DNA of 61,721 nucleotides, the filler included, from Catajapyx aquilonaris (Eukaryota): assembly GCA_000934665.2 (NCBI GenBank). It is 2 parts of 2 records of this genome, joined end to end, with 100 filler letters (N's around TTAATTAATTAA, not from the genome) between each part and the next. Parts side by side here need not be neighbours in the genome. Positions count along the whole stretch, not along the records: positions 31,231 to 61,721 come from JYFJ02004634.1; 1 more part is not named here. The stretch is one strand, 5' to 3'. The notes under the pieces are model-generated. The model saw only the letters and a list, made by a program, of their open reading frames with translations, was not told where the DNA came from and did not search any database. Numbering within the stretch: position 1 is the first letter of the stretch; the number at the start of each line of letters is the position of its first letter. Of the stretch, positions 32,538-45,569 are shown in pieces. The position numbers and the translations under genes were made by a program.

Positions 32538-34662
32538 ATGGTATCTAGGATCATTTTCTTATTATCCGGCGACACCCGTGCAGTAATTAGCCCGGATAAT
32601 TGGGAGGAAAGTGTAATGCCAGGGTATTGGGCCACCGTGTGTTGTATTGCAAGTTACATGTATTTTCATTTTCTCCGTAGCAAAATGCCAATCGTATTGT
32701 GATAATGAATGGCCCTGCGTGAAGAAGAGGCAGTGCAAGGAAGAGGAAAACCCGTGCCTCTTGTGTGGCGCCGTAGATCAACCCTCCTGTCATCATGACG
32801 TTTGCCTCAAGGCATGTCCGTGCGGAACCCGTGCACCACACAGTAATTGCACGGAGTACGCTAATGTTAGTGCGTGCAAAGAAGGGTGCGCCAAAATTCA
32901 CGAACCGTGCTATTCGTGGTGCGCCAAGCTAGGGGCCATGAAAGCCAGATGCCTGAATGACTGTGATGACAACAGGGACTTGTGCGACGACATGTGCGAT
33001 TACCAAATGAGAGCCTGCGACAAGATGTGCAAGGAATGTGAAAAGACATGCAATGAGTGTATCAAAGAGGGCTGCGATGCATCGGAGCTGCCTTGCATTG
33101 AGGGCAACTGCTGGGAACAATCGCGTTATGGACTCGGCATACCTTCCGGCGATGCAAATCTGCCGGATTGCAAAAAAGTGATGAATCCATTCATACCTTA
33201 CGATGGACCCGATGAAAAATGCGTGATCAAGGCAGGGAACTGCGAGGCAGGAGAAACCCCCTGCAACGTGGATCAATGCAGAGAGAAGGACGCAAGCTGC
33301 AGGCGCTTAGAGGGTGCGAATTCGCCAAAGCGATATTGCAATCTGGACGAGATGCCGTGCACCCCTAGCTGCGTGACCCGCGCTTGCGGACAGAGAGAGT
33401 GCAACGCCACCGAGATTGAGATTCCCTGTGCCCTGGAGCCAGTTCCGTGCGCATATCTTGAGGCACCATGCTATCACACTGGCGAAGGTAACGAAACCTA
33501 CCAGCTTCCCTGCCACCTGGGCCAGATTCCGTGTGTGATGGGACTTCAATGCATGATGAAAAAAGAAAGTCCTTGCACCATATGCGGAAGGAAAGGCCAT
33601 CCCGACTGCAAAGACGTAGTGAAGCCGTGTAGCCGTCTCAACGAGGTGCCATGCAGACGGCCGGAAGCGTGCATGGAAGGAGAAACACCATGCGAGGGGC
33701 TGGCCTGCAAGGGCCATTTGCCTTGCCTGAAGGCACGTCTGTGCGATTATGAAGAGAGGCAGTGTGTCCCGTGCGGCCGCACAGGAGAACCACCATGCGA
33801 CTGGGTGACCTGCAAGCGGTTGTGCAAATCGGAGAGATGCCGGAGTGATTGTGAGGTTTGCCATACGTGTGACAACGGTGAGATCCCATGCACCCCGAGG
33901 TTGCACTGTCACACCAGGAAATGCGCACAACTTTACCCAGATTGTGACTTTGATAGTGCTGCATGCAAGAAGTGCGAGCAGATGAAGAGGTGGTGCCAAT
34001 GGAGAGGGGATGGGCCCTGCTACGATCATCCAGACTGCAAGTATTGGGACCAGCCTGGGTGCAAAGGACGAGCCCCATGCTTTGGGACCAAGCCTTGCGC
34101 ATATCCCAGGTTGTGCGAGCCCCAGGAGTATCCCTGCGTGCTTTGCGGAGTCCCAGGCCATCCTCCATGCACCACCTGTGAGAGGGCTTGCAACATTCAT
34201 GAACTTCCGTGTAATCGAACTCAGGTGTGCACGTACCTCACGCCGTGCACCATATGCGACAGACCAGGCTATGAGAATGTGCCTTGCTCTAGTATCCTGC
34301 CACCCGACCGTCCTTGCGACATCAGCGAGTTGCCGTGTGAATTGGAGAAGGTTTGCGAGCACTTGGAAGAAGTACCCTGCGTGGAGTGTGACTGGCCAGG
34401 GTTCCCAGACTGTGGTCAAGTAAAGATTCCGGATCGGCCGTGCAAGCCCAGAGAGTTGCCTTGCGCGAAGAGGGGAGTGCCTGACAGCCTGGTGAACGCC
34501 ACCGTATCCAGATACAACTATGTGCAGACCATGAGGCCCAAGCGGTATGCCCCGTACGTCACAGTCCAGGATCCGACGAGCGCCACCGGACGGATGAGGG
34601 CTTTGTGTTGGGGCACGGCCTTGACCTTAGCCTCTGTCGCTTTCCATCGTCTGCTGGAGTGA
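32538..34662 (+). CDS. Very Cys-rich, probably secreted/GPI-anchored repeat protein (~680 aa); main exon 32623 (or 32681)-34662
   Basis: 2-kb stop-free frame with about one Cys in six residues and repeated PC motifs; hydrophobic N-terminal stretch VVLQVTCIFIFSVAKC; C-terminal PTSATG-RMRALCWGTALTLASVAFHRLLE*. Start uncertain: ATG|gt at 32538-32540 spliced to 32623, or an unidentified upstream exon spliced to 32681. Confidence 0.85.
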
Positions 34663-36788
34663 TGAAGGAGCAGTCATCAAAACACCCAAGCATCACATAA
34701 GTTCATAATTATATAATTATACTGTATTTTTAACCCAATCTAAAGATTTCGAAATACCCATTTGCTGAGTGGGGACAAATTCAGACTGAGATGAGCGAGC
34801 ATTGTCTTACATTGTGCAAGAGTGTATGAGTTTAATCAATATAATAGTCTAGATTAGTTAGCATCTCTGCACATTTTCGTCTTTGCAATTTTTGTGAAGT
34901 GATAAGCCGGTTACAGTGTACTCTGAGCAAACTCCTGTATTCCGTTGGTATGATTACAAAAAGCAACAACTATAGCCATCCTTCTGATTACAGTACATAC
35001 CAATCTCTTAATAATTACCTCTTCTCTTTTATATCTAGAAAATTGAATGGTTGACAGCTGAGTAGGTGACGAGAGGGATGGTGCGGAGATAGTAGATTTT
35101 AAACCCTAACTGTCTCAATTAATTACGATCTCCTCTTAACCTTGGCTTCGACGCTGTGATGAAAGCCCTGCCAGCTGATTTTTTTTCTAAACTTTTCGTT
35201 GGAGTTGTATCCTAAATGTAATAAAATTTGACCATTCAAATGTTAACGAAGAACACTACTTATTTGAACCTTGGCCACATTCTTTGATCCAGAACAAAAT
35301 AAGCCTCCAGGAAATATATTATGTCACTGAGAATCCACAGGCAATTACCCTGTACTTACAACTGAGAATCACGCCACTGATTGGCTGCACTTTCTGGTGA
35401 GTTGTTTAGCGCAATGTTTCCTCTGATAGCATCGGGGCCAACTGACACACTTTTTGTGTGTAGCAGTCTGGTTACAATTCACTTGTAAGCCTCATATCCG
35501 ACCACAATTTCAATGACGATTTGCTCACCGAACCTCAGAACCCTGTAATTAATTATGCACCCAAGGCACGCAGCATGTGGCACGTGGGTTCCAATTGAAG
35601 TGTCCGCTTCATTTTGCAAACTTACACAAAAATTTGTGTGAAAAATTTGCTAATACATGCGTTTGCCTTATATGTAGCCTTATCAACCCAAATACATGTA
35701 ACTTAATGTATTTGCCAAAATTGCAAAATGAGACCACTTCCATCAATCGGAGGTCAATTTGCGAATTTTTCGCACACATATTTTGCGAAAATGTGCAAAA
35801 CCCACTCAGCAGGTGCCACCTTCTGCGTGGAATATTATTCTCTATGTGTCATGCAGAATTTTGCCAAACCTCCATTTTCTGAGCCGTTTGCAAATATTTG
35901 AACCGTTGGATATTGGCGCGGAGATAGTGACCATGCCACCCATCAACTTTCTAGTATTGTCGGCCTGCGATATTTTGACACGCCAAGCCATTATTACATA
36001 CTGAGCGAAATTGTAGCATTTAAAAAAATTTCCAGCACATGTAATACTGTAGTACTCTTGCACTACATTGGCACCATGCTGGAAGTGTATGAAGGGACCG
36101 ACCTTTCTACTTGCTTATATCCTACGTGCCCCTGGAAATGCAGTAGTCATGTGGTATAAATAATGCAAATATGTATGAAGTAATCTTTCCAGATATGAAA
36201 AGATTACCATGATAGACCTTTTTTCGCATGACTTGCACAAATCAGTTCACAAAAGGAACAATGATGATGGCGGGTTTAGTAAGACATGTTGGTGGATCGT
36301 GTTCGTTTGCGTGCATACAAGTTGAAAACAATGTCAATGCGCAAACATCCTTCCGAAAAGCTTTCAGAATCTTTTCCACAGGTAGTCAAAATAGTCTCCA
36401 AATATATGTCTTGCCGTTTGACGTAGGCCTACACTTTCCGCGCGTTTGCCATGAAGTCAGTCACAACAGCTGTTATCTCCTTGGATGCTTGAAGCTGAGT
36501 TGCATCTTCCTCATTTAAAAACTGGCTTTCTAGTTCTTTGCTGAGTTGCGCTTTGTCTGGTTTCTTCAAAAATCCACTACACGGCAGGTAATAAGAATAA
36601 CGTCAACTCATATTTAAGTCGAGTCTCTGTATCAAATCCTCTCCACCGGAGTGCATCACTCGTTTCTTTGAATGCGGACTCAGTTGCAGATTTGGCTTTC
36701 TTCTTTTTAGGGCGTGGCCACTAGCGCAGCGCTCCACGTCAGTACCTATAGCTCCGTAACCATTTCGTATTCCAAAATTCCGTTTGTA

Positions 36789-36878
36789 TTATGGGCGCCA
36801 AAAGAATTGACCGGCGTTTATGGGTATATATAGCGTCATGTACCCATCAACTCTGGTCAATTCTTTTGGCGCCCATAG
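36789..36878. mobile_element. Small TA-flanked palindromic MITE
   Basis: TATGGGCGCCAAAAGAATTGACC ... GGTCAATTCTTTTGGCGCCCATA. Confidence 0.75.
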
Positions 36879-37995
36879 TACCACTGATAGAGGGCACTGT
36901 GAGGTGTATTTTGATATCAATGTGATGACATTTGACTTTGGCTCTTTTTTTGAAAATGTCATTTGTTGGCAAAAATGTCGATTTGTGACATGAATTTGTA
37001 CATATATCGGAAAGTGACTATTTTCGTCGGAAAGAGGAGACAATTTCACACATGAAACATGTATTACATCATGCATTTACGTTGTCATGTAAATGTAATA
37101 GGGGGGCGCCTCTAACTGTGATCCAAGTGCACTTAGCGCCTGTAGATAGGCAACCACGCATCGGCGGACCAAATCCTTATGGGAAAGGTCCGAACGTGAC
37201 CTAGACCTAAACATATCTCTCACTCATCGACGGGCAGATTTTTTCGTGCAAAAGGTGCACGTTCAAGTGGAATTGCCCCTTTTAATATGGGTTATCGTGA
37301 TTTTCCACCACACTTCATTCCCAGAATCAGGGGAAAAGTACTGCAAGCGGTTCTCCTCATTAAACATTGCTTCATGCACTCGAATATTCGTCTGCAGTAG
37401 TCTCACTGTTGACAAACAAGTCAGTGTAGAACTGGATTTTCACATCTTCCACACATGGACTTGAGCATTGGCCAAATGGCATTGCCATTTGGAACGGAGA
37501 CGATGGTATGTCCTGGAAGGATTGTGGTAGTGTTTCTCTCACCGGTATGGTCAGAAAGGAGAACAGCATCTCCTTGTATCTGCAACCCACCACCACAGCC
37601 AGGTATAGAGCCAGAATGCGGTAACCAAAATACTTGTAATAGGCATATGATTGTGAGCTTGTGACGTCAATTCCAAATGTCAATAGGTTTGGTTAGCTCT
37701 GTCATTTTATGTTGTTTTAAGAGGGAGCATCCTTCTCCTTTTCTCTTTCCCTTCCCCTTTCGCATCACACCAACCTCCTACCACCACCCACCCTTTCGGA
37801 GGTCTAGCCACCGCTAGACTTCAACCATCCAGTTGGTGCCACTGCTTGACATTAACAATATTCTGATATCAAAAGTGAGCCGCAAGACTGTACAAGTTCC
37901 ATCTTTTTATTAAAATAGTCAACAAACACTGCACAACAGGGGGCGTTAAGGTGAACAAATTTTTTTCCCCCTTCATTGAGTATGTTTCTTCTTCC

Positions 37996-40900
37996 TCAAT
38001 ATTTTTTGAGGGCCTTTCGTATGAGAGCCATTCGCTGCTTATGAGCCTCGGTCACAGTTGCACGTTTGTACGGGCGGAGTTCATCTGTACCAAACCCAGG
38101 TATCCACATGTTCCAGTTGCGCTCTGCAAAAAATAAAATGGCATAACAACTTCAGGGTAAGAGAGGTATGTTTTCTCTGGAAACAGACTTACAGACTGTC
38201 ACATGCATGTTTTGGCATTTATGGTAGCAGTGCAAGAATGGGGAGTATGCCGCTAAGTATGAATTGCTATTGTTGGAAAAACCTGCTGTGTCATCTAAGA
38301 GCATTATGACACTGAAAAGTGACAAACAATATGGCGGCTGGGAAGAGAAGTAACGCTGTTGACACTGATATTTCAACAATAGTACAATACCTAAATGCAG
38401 CTGAACGTCCTTAACTTCAACGGATGCTGCTTTTCTGTGCTTGGCCAAGGAGCACGCAGCACTAACTGTGCTCTCAATGAAATCATCAGCCAGTTGAAGC
38501 AGCATTTCCTCAACTTCCTCATCAAGCTGCTCATTTGGATCCACCTCACGCACCAATTCATGAAGGCGCTGCTTTGTCAAGACCTAGAAGTAAATAACAA
38601 ATCTGGTTGACATAGTGTGCTGCAAGTTTTCCCTGGTACACGCAAACTACAGATTGGTGAATCCCCATCATTTGTCAGGGTGATATTCCAAAAATCATTA
38701 TGAACTTGCGAAACACTCTACAGCAGAGAAAATTTCTTTATCCATCATCCTTAAAATACCGGCCTGAAATATTCTTCGCACACCCCTTACCTCAAGTACT
38801 GCATTTACTTGACTTCATGTTGCCCCCAAATCTAAGTGGTACCCCTACTTTTTTAGTAGTCAAATTTTTGAAAACAGAATGCTCCATACCTGATTCTAAC
38901 ACACCCTATTTTTCGCTATTTTTTCAAGACAAAAAGTGCGCCTTGGATTCAAGTAAATAGGATTCTTCATAGTGAAACCTGTCTAGAAGTCTCTTAATTC
39001 CACAAAAATTCATTATTAAATGAGGCAATACATAAAATGCACTGAAAATCATCGGCTGGGATCAAAATTTTTGCACTGGACAAGTTCCTGCTATCCAGTG
39101 TGCATTAGATAGATGTTTAGTATTTTTTGCAACACACCTGATGAAAATGTGATTTCAAAAATTAGTTGCAATTAGAGTGCATAGCAACTGCCAGCATGTT
39201 TCTATTCTAGTGCAGGATGTTAGGCATTTTCTCTTGTGGGGGGGAAGCAGCCCGTGGCGCAGTGGTAATGCCACAAACAGAAAGGTCCCAGATACAATCA
39301 CAAGTATGGGTATTCCCGTTCTCATCTCGTGTGGAGTTTCGTTGTCTGTGGCTTCACCATGGGTGGATCTCCACCAGATTAACCACCCGGGGGAATGCAC
39401 AAAACAACATTGCACTTGTACTTGCACATCTCCCCTCCCAGTAAATCCTGCTTTACTCGCAGTACTCCGAAGTAATGGAAAAGGAGCATGCTTATACACC
39501 ATAGAGCAAATAAAGGAGCGGTGTGCTAACCCTAGTTTTGACGTGGATACGTCTTTAAAATCAGATCAGGGGCCATGAAGGCAAACTCAAGGTCGAGGGT
39601 GATGAAAAAGCGTTACAGTCAGGGCCCTGCCTGGGGCCCCATGGCAGGGGCATGCAGGCAAACCATGGCCCCTGGCAGAGCACTTGGTGACCCTAAAGCC
39701 TGGACACATACAATAGAATTGAACAAGTGCTGGGTTGGTTGCTTGCCATTCTTTCAACATGAGATGGGCCTCACTCAGCCTTGGGAACTTATGCCCGAAT
39801 CTTTGACATCTCGCGCAAACCTGCGGGAGGCACTAGCAGAGGGGAGTTAACAGGGTTCTCCCAGCGAGAGTAAAAATCATCACATTTTAGAGCAACAAAA
39901 TTAACTACTCCCGGGGTTCTTTCCCCGTCAGGGATTAACTGGAAAGTTTCTATAGAAGATTATGGCTCCTCCCGCAGGTTTGCACGAGACGACAAAGATT
40001 CGTGCCTTAACTTGCACAATTTAATTTAAAAAATGTACATAATTTGTGTTCTACGTAAATGGGTGCAAAGTGTCACAAAATTTTGAACGTTTTAAACATA
40101 CCATGCTTTGTAAAGTCTGCATTTTAAAATACTCTCAGCTCTCCTTATCCGAAGATCCAACCAACAGCAGATCGAAAATACAAGTATTAGAGGGAATAAA
40201 ACTGAATTTATGAAAAGCAAAACTTGAATTTACTGCATATTGAACATTACAGAGCAATATAACAAGTATTCACATTGCACTTAGATTGTTTTGGGCCTTA
40301 TAAGTGATCTCGAGATTATTTAAAGTCCAAGGGTTAGTCGGAAAAAAAGTTTTGGGATGCTACAGTTTCGACATCATGCGATGGACAGGGTAAAAACGAG
40401 CATGAGCCGATACATTGATCCTTCCAGTACTCTATAGGATGGATAGGGCGCCTGCAGTTGTGCAGTTGGGTGTGGCAGCTGTTGGGTGAGAGCTAGTGGC
40501 GAGCCAAGCGTGCCCACCCACGTTCTGCCTGGAAATGTCATGCCAGACAGAGAGTATTGGTTACATGGACTAAAGCATAATTTAGGACATGTGAGGACAC
40601 TGTCAGTAATTGCCATGGCCAGTAGTCCGGTTGTCTTTCATGCTTGCAAGCTTATTCCGAAATTGCTGGCACCATATCGCCGCACCATTTGCTCAGACAT
40701 GACATCTCCGGACCATACACTCTGCTAGTCGGAGATTAATGTCGTACGTGAAATGTCAACCACTGGAAGGGAACATCTGTCCTCACTTCAGCTTTAGTCT
40801 ATGTGACAAACACACTCTGTCTGGGATGACATTTCCTGGTGGAATGTACGCAGGCATGCTCTGCTCGCATCTCGGTCTTGTCCGACGGCTGCCATGCCTG

Positions 40901-42541
40901 CGCAGAAACTGCAAGATGATGCCTATCAATATATTTTATAAGTACTGGAAGGATCAGCGTATCATGCTTGTTTTTACCCTGTCCGTCACATGGCATGGAA
41001 ACTGTAGCATTGCAAAACATATTTCCCAACTAGCCCTCGTATATGAGAGCATATGCGTAGGTTACATGCACTTACTACACTATGTAATTGAGAATCTGCA
41101 AACTTTAGTATTGTCGACAGATCCCAGAACCAATCCGCCATGGATATGGAGTACAATCCCTCTTATCCTGTTGTAAATCTCAAATAATATTCTGCAAAAA
41201 TAACTTTAACAGACATTCCTTACTAAGGGTATACTACTTCATTCCAAGGCATGTTTTAACAGGGTCATTTAAGTTGTGGAAATGGTATGCAAGTTTCATC
41301 AACTGAATGCAAAGGAATAATTTTAATGGAATATTTGAGTACTTTTTTAATAAAACATAACCAGTCACATCTAATCATGGGCCAGTCATTGCACATTAAA
41401 TTTTTAAGACCTTCAATTCCAAAATGTTCGCAGGATTGTTGAAGTAATACCTTCCAGTTTCAGCATAAATTTTGCAAACCTTCATTGAGGGTTGCTTGCA
41501 ATATTTTAAGTGAAAATACAAAACTGGGATCTTTCTTGATCAGTTAGCAACTGTGAAATCCACCTGTGGAAATTTCAAATTTCTTCTCAACTCTTTAATG
41601 ATTGCACAACACACTAGAAGCACAATCAATAACTCTTTTATCTCATTTGAATCACAGCAGTGGCTGAAGGTGTGTTTTACGAACCTTCTGAGAACGAGAG
41701 TTATGAAACAAATTCACTGCTTCTTAGTGTGAGTGAAAAGACAACAGATGCACAGGGCTTGAGAATTCGGTTCTCGTTCCCACATTTTCTATGACCGATG
41801 CCTGCAAGCTTGGGATCGCACATTTACAACAACTCATTTTTAGAGAAACGCCTTGTTCACTACAGCTGGCAGTCATCATAATGCAACCAAAGTGGAACTG
41901 AACCATTTTTTCAAAATCTGAATTTGTCCGGATATGGTATTATGGGATCGAATGCTAGGATTAATAGAACAGCAATCAGCATGCTCATACGCCTATTAAA
42001 ACTTATTTCATCTTTGGACACAGCATTTGCAGTGGTTCATGGTAGAACAAGGACGGTAGGTAGTAATAAGCACACATTTTAAAAATGAGTAACACTGATC
42101 AGCAAATAAATTCCGTAGCATCCTGCAATGGAAACAGGGATTATCTACCTGAGTTTCATTTGAACTAGCCGTTGCTCCTGCAGCCATTTTTGGTGCTGTC
42201 TGTTGTGGTGCCACTGAGTTATGAGTCACAGCGGTTACAGGAGCTTGTGTCACTGGTGCAATGCGAGTCACAAGAGTCTGTTGTTGTTGTTGTGGCTGTG
42301 GCTGTAGCTGCGGCAGCTGCACCTGTTGTTGTTGCTGCTGCTGCACCTGCTGTTGCTGCTGTGCATGTTGCACCAATGTTTGTTGCTGGTGGGTTGTCAA
42401 CACTCCAGTCAGTTGGGTGAGATTGGCCAGGGTGGTTATGGGTATTGTCGGGTTCATAGTCTGCAGCGTAGTGAGGGTGGCCATTGTCGTCACGGGTGAA
42501 GGGGATGTAGTCACACCAACCACCTGCTGCAGGGGATCCAT
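37996..42541 (-). CDS. TAF12: Transcription initiation factor TFIID subunit 12, ~237 aa; exons 42541-42149, 38583-38391, 38123-37996
   Basis: Histone fold VLTKQRLHELVREVDPNEQLDEEVEEMLLQLADDFIE...LAKHRK...VKDVQLHLERNWNMWIPGFG...TEAHKQRMALIRK; GT-AG introns in phases 0 and 1. Confidence 0.96.
39792..40006. mobile_element. PIF/Harbinger-type MITE in TAF12 intron
   Basis: TTA|TGCCCGAATCTTTG...CGCAAACCTGCGGGAGG and CCTCCCGCAGGTTTGCACG...CAAAGATTCGTGCC|TTA. Confidence 0.7.
40328..41039. mobile_element. mariner-derived MITE with duplicated inverted 5' ends in TAF12 intron
   Basis: Right end CCAACTAGCCCTCG|TA and left end CAAGGGTTAGTCGG; ~250-bp inverted arms; minus-strand relic VYGP/DVMSEQMVRR/WCQQFRN (mariner N-terminus). 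Confidence 0.75.
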
Positions 42542-45419
42542 TGTTGCACGCCTTATTCCTTCCCTCCTTTTGATTCGTCGTCAGAGGCTAAACTTTCTGT
42601 CAAGTCACCGAACCATGCCCTGAGGAGAAAAGCATATCTTTAGTATGTGGGACTATGACACCTCACCCAGTATTTATGAATTTATGAAAGTGTAATAAAT
42701 CAGCATGCCGGCCTATTCTTACATCTGCTGCAAGTAACCTGACGTGCGTTTCCATGTGAGCCATTTGGCAACAGAAATCTTCCATGAGGCTGAAATTAAC
42801 AATAGTTTTTCGCCTCAAACAATATTGGTTCCTTGGGTCACTCAGCCTCGGCTAAGACAGCTCGTCAAATCCCTCACATGTAAACGCACCTTGACTTGTG
42901 TTGAGCATATTTGCAACTAGGAACCATTGTTTCCAGACACGTTTCTATGCCAATCGCCAAGTTCAAGTGTTCAGTAAGCGTTCCAATTACAGCGTCATTG
43001 TCCTGTTCCCATATTAATGGAATCGGCGACTAGAACCAATGGCAATGACCGAGCTCAATAGTTGATCTGGTAACAGCTCCAATTACAGTGTCATAGCCTG
43101 CTCTCGTATTCATGAAAAAGTACTGGGAACCATTGTTGCACTCGGCTGTTGCCACAGAAAATGTCTGACAACACTGGTACGAATTGTGGAACACTTTCCA
43201 TTAACATGCCGGACAGACCGTTTTCCATTGATATGCGATCAGGGCAATGCCACTGCACTTACGGAACGCACAGGACAAACTTATGCGGTTGTTCTTGCGG
43301 TGCTCCAGTGCTTCTCACTTGATCAAGCACACTTACATTACACTTACCAAGTGTCTCACACCCTGACATGTTACGTACTGTACGACACCCCCCCCTTATT
43401 GTGGTCATACCCACCATGAGCCCTAATCCTCCGCCTCCTGGATCTGCACAGACCGGTCCTAGAGCATCATCTCAGAGGGCAGGAGGAGGAGAGGCGGAAG
43501 GAAGCGTCGTTCTGCGTCGACTTCAACTACGTCGTCCTTCGAACGCCAACAGACGCCTACTGGCCCCTCTAGTTCCGCATCCCTCCGCAAAAAGGCTGGC
43601 CTCCTCATGGCAGCACCGTCGCCCCTCCAAAAGAAAAAAGGGCGCTCGATACAAACAACAGTAAATTTCTCTGCTGGGGACAACGACGACCTCGAATAAT
43701 CCACCACCCTGGCCAATAATGCAATATTCAAAAGGAAGGAGCCCCTATAGCTGAGTGGGTGGGATTTTATATGGTCACTCTGTGCCGTATTGGTGGGGGT
43801 CAGTGGGTGGAAGGACTCGATCGATCCGGAAATTGATTGTCCGGATGGCCAGTGCCTGTATATATATACACTGGACAGCACGCACTTTGTACAGTTACCA
43901 TCTCCCTGCGGTGTTTGCGCTGAGTTAGTTGTGTGTATTGGAGTTTTTTTTCAGGATCAAACCACTTGCGCAAGGTAAACCACACTTATGCACTTATTCC
44001 GGAGCTTGTACACATTTTAAATTTAGTAAATCATGACATGAAAATATTGACCGTCTTCGTTTTGAAAGTAATGCGGCTAGTTACGCGATCTGAATGTTTT
44101 AAACAGATGAAATTGTACATTGCGAAATTTAATTGGCACTGTGGCGCAATCGCGTAATAGTCCAAGCAAGTTTTCCCCCTGTAGCAAACCGCCTTTTTTC
44201 TGCATTAAAATAATTGCTCAAGGTCGTTATGTAACTTGCGGAATAATCGAAGGTCGCCACTAGCACCTATAGCTTTTTTTTCTGGGTGTGAGCAAATATA
44301 GTGGGGGGCCAACTGTTGCATGGTCCCCTGGCCACCGAAAGTTAATAAAATATGTATAAAACCGAGGCATATAATGCGGCTGGTTTAAAACCGAAGGCTG
44401 CAATCATATTGATTATATTGACAGTTTTTTCTTCCTTCCGTTTCTTTGCACATACCGCCCATCGCGTAAATAGTTAACCTTGTTTGCTCTGCGGAATAAT
44501 AGTGGGAATGGTTCCCTTTGAAGGATAGTTCCAGCCGCAAGAGCTACGCTGGAAAACTCATGCAAATCAGCAATTTTTTGAAGTTTGTGCAATTTTAGCG
44601 AGATATTAGCACTTTTTTCCGCTTTCTATCCTGTTCGATTCGGTTGGATTTTTTATACAGCCTCGAAAAGGATATAGTCTAGGCAAGCATAAAGCATGAG
44701 AAAAGTGTTCGGTTATTATCGCACTGAAGTCTTTTGACCTCTGTGCATGACAAAACTCTATATTTGCACCCGGGAGAGAGACAAGAGCTCTTTCGCAATC
44801 CGCTCGTCAGCAAATATGCCGAGCAAAGACACTATATCCTCACAATGTGACTGTAATTAATCACCAATTAGTCGCACAGTCGACTAAATCCTCCATTGAA
44901 AAAAATAAGTAATTCGCATGCTCTTTGCCTTGAAAAAGCATCAATTTTGAGGCATAAAAATAGTTTTCGATGAATAATATTTTGCCACACATTTTTTTTA
45001 CAAGTAAATGATTCGCGAACTTCTATCCCAAAAATTCCGCGCCACAAATTCTGCATGGTCTCCCCATACACAAAGCTGCATGCCTTTGATTATCTCTTGC
45101 CAGTGCATTTGTTATCGCGTGCCATGAGCAGGAATTCGCACTGTCAATATACAATGTAGGTACTGTACAGTGTGGGAATTACCTACCGAACCACCACTCA
45201 GTGTATACATTTTTCGCCAATAATAATCCGCCCGTATGAATAATTGCGAGTTAATGTCTTTTCCTCGGTGCCACAGTGTATGTGACCCTGAAGAAGAGGT
45301 GGCGCCTTGCAGCGTCTGGTGGAGGAACTAAGCGCCCCCCTCCATCCGATAAGCACATAGCTCGACGAGTGTACTACATAACATATAAAAAGGGGAATAA
45401 AAAGGGGGGGGGGTGGAAG

Positions 45420-45569
45420 GGGAGCTGGCTTGGCTGGCTGGCGGAGAGAGGAAGCAGCAAGATAGATAGAACGCCGATGTGGAAAGCTAGTCGACGGCCT
45501 TGGGAAGAGCAGAGCACCACCATCGCACATCACCAGGAGGAAGAATATAATGGAGGTGTAACACTATGG
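45420..45569 (+). other. Candidate 5' exon of the 49237 gene, divergent from TAF12
   Basis: GC-rich segment ending at a GG|GTGAGA donor; the next strong acceptor TATTTCAG|G is at 49159/49160. Linking the two is inference. Confidence 0.35.

Noticed and set aside
33307..34419. 370-aa antisense ORF
   Set aside because: Shadow of the Cys-rich gene's codon bias.
36230..37680. Fragmentary minus-strand coding-like stretches downstream of TAF12
   Set aside because: Multiple stops and no identifiable motif; possibly transposon debris.
42261..42623. Poly-Cys metallothionein-like ORF
   Set aside because: Antisense of the TAF12 CAG/CAA glutamine tract.
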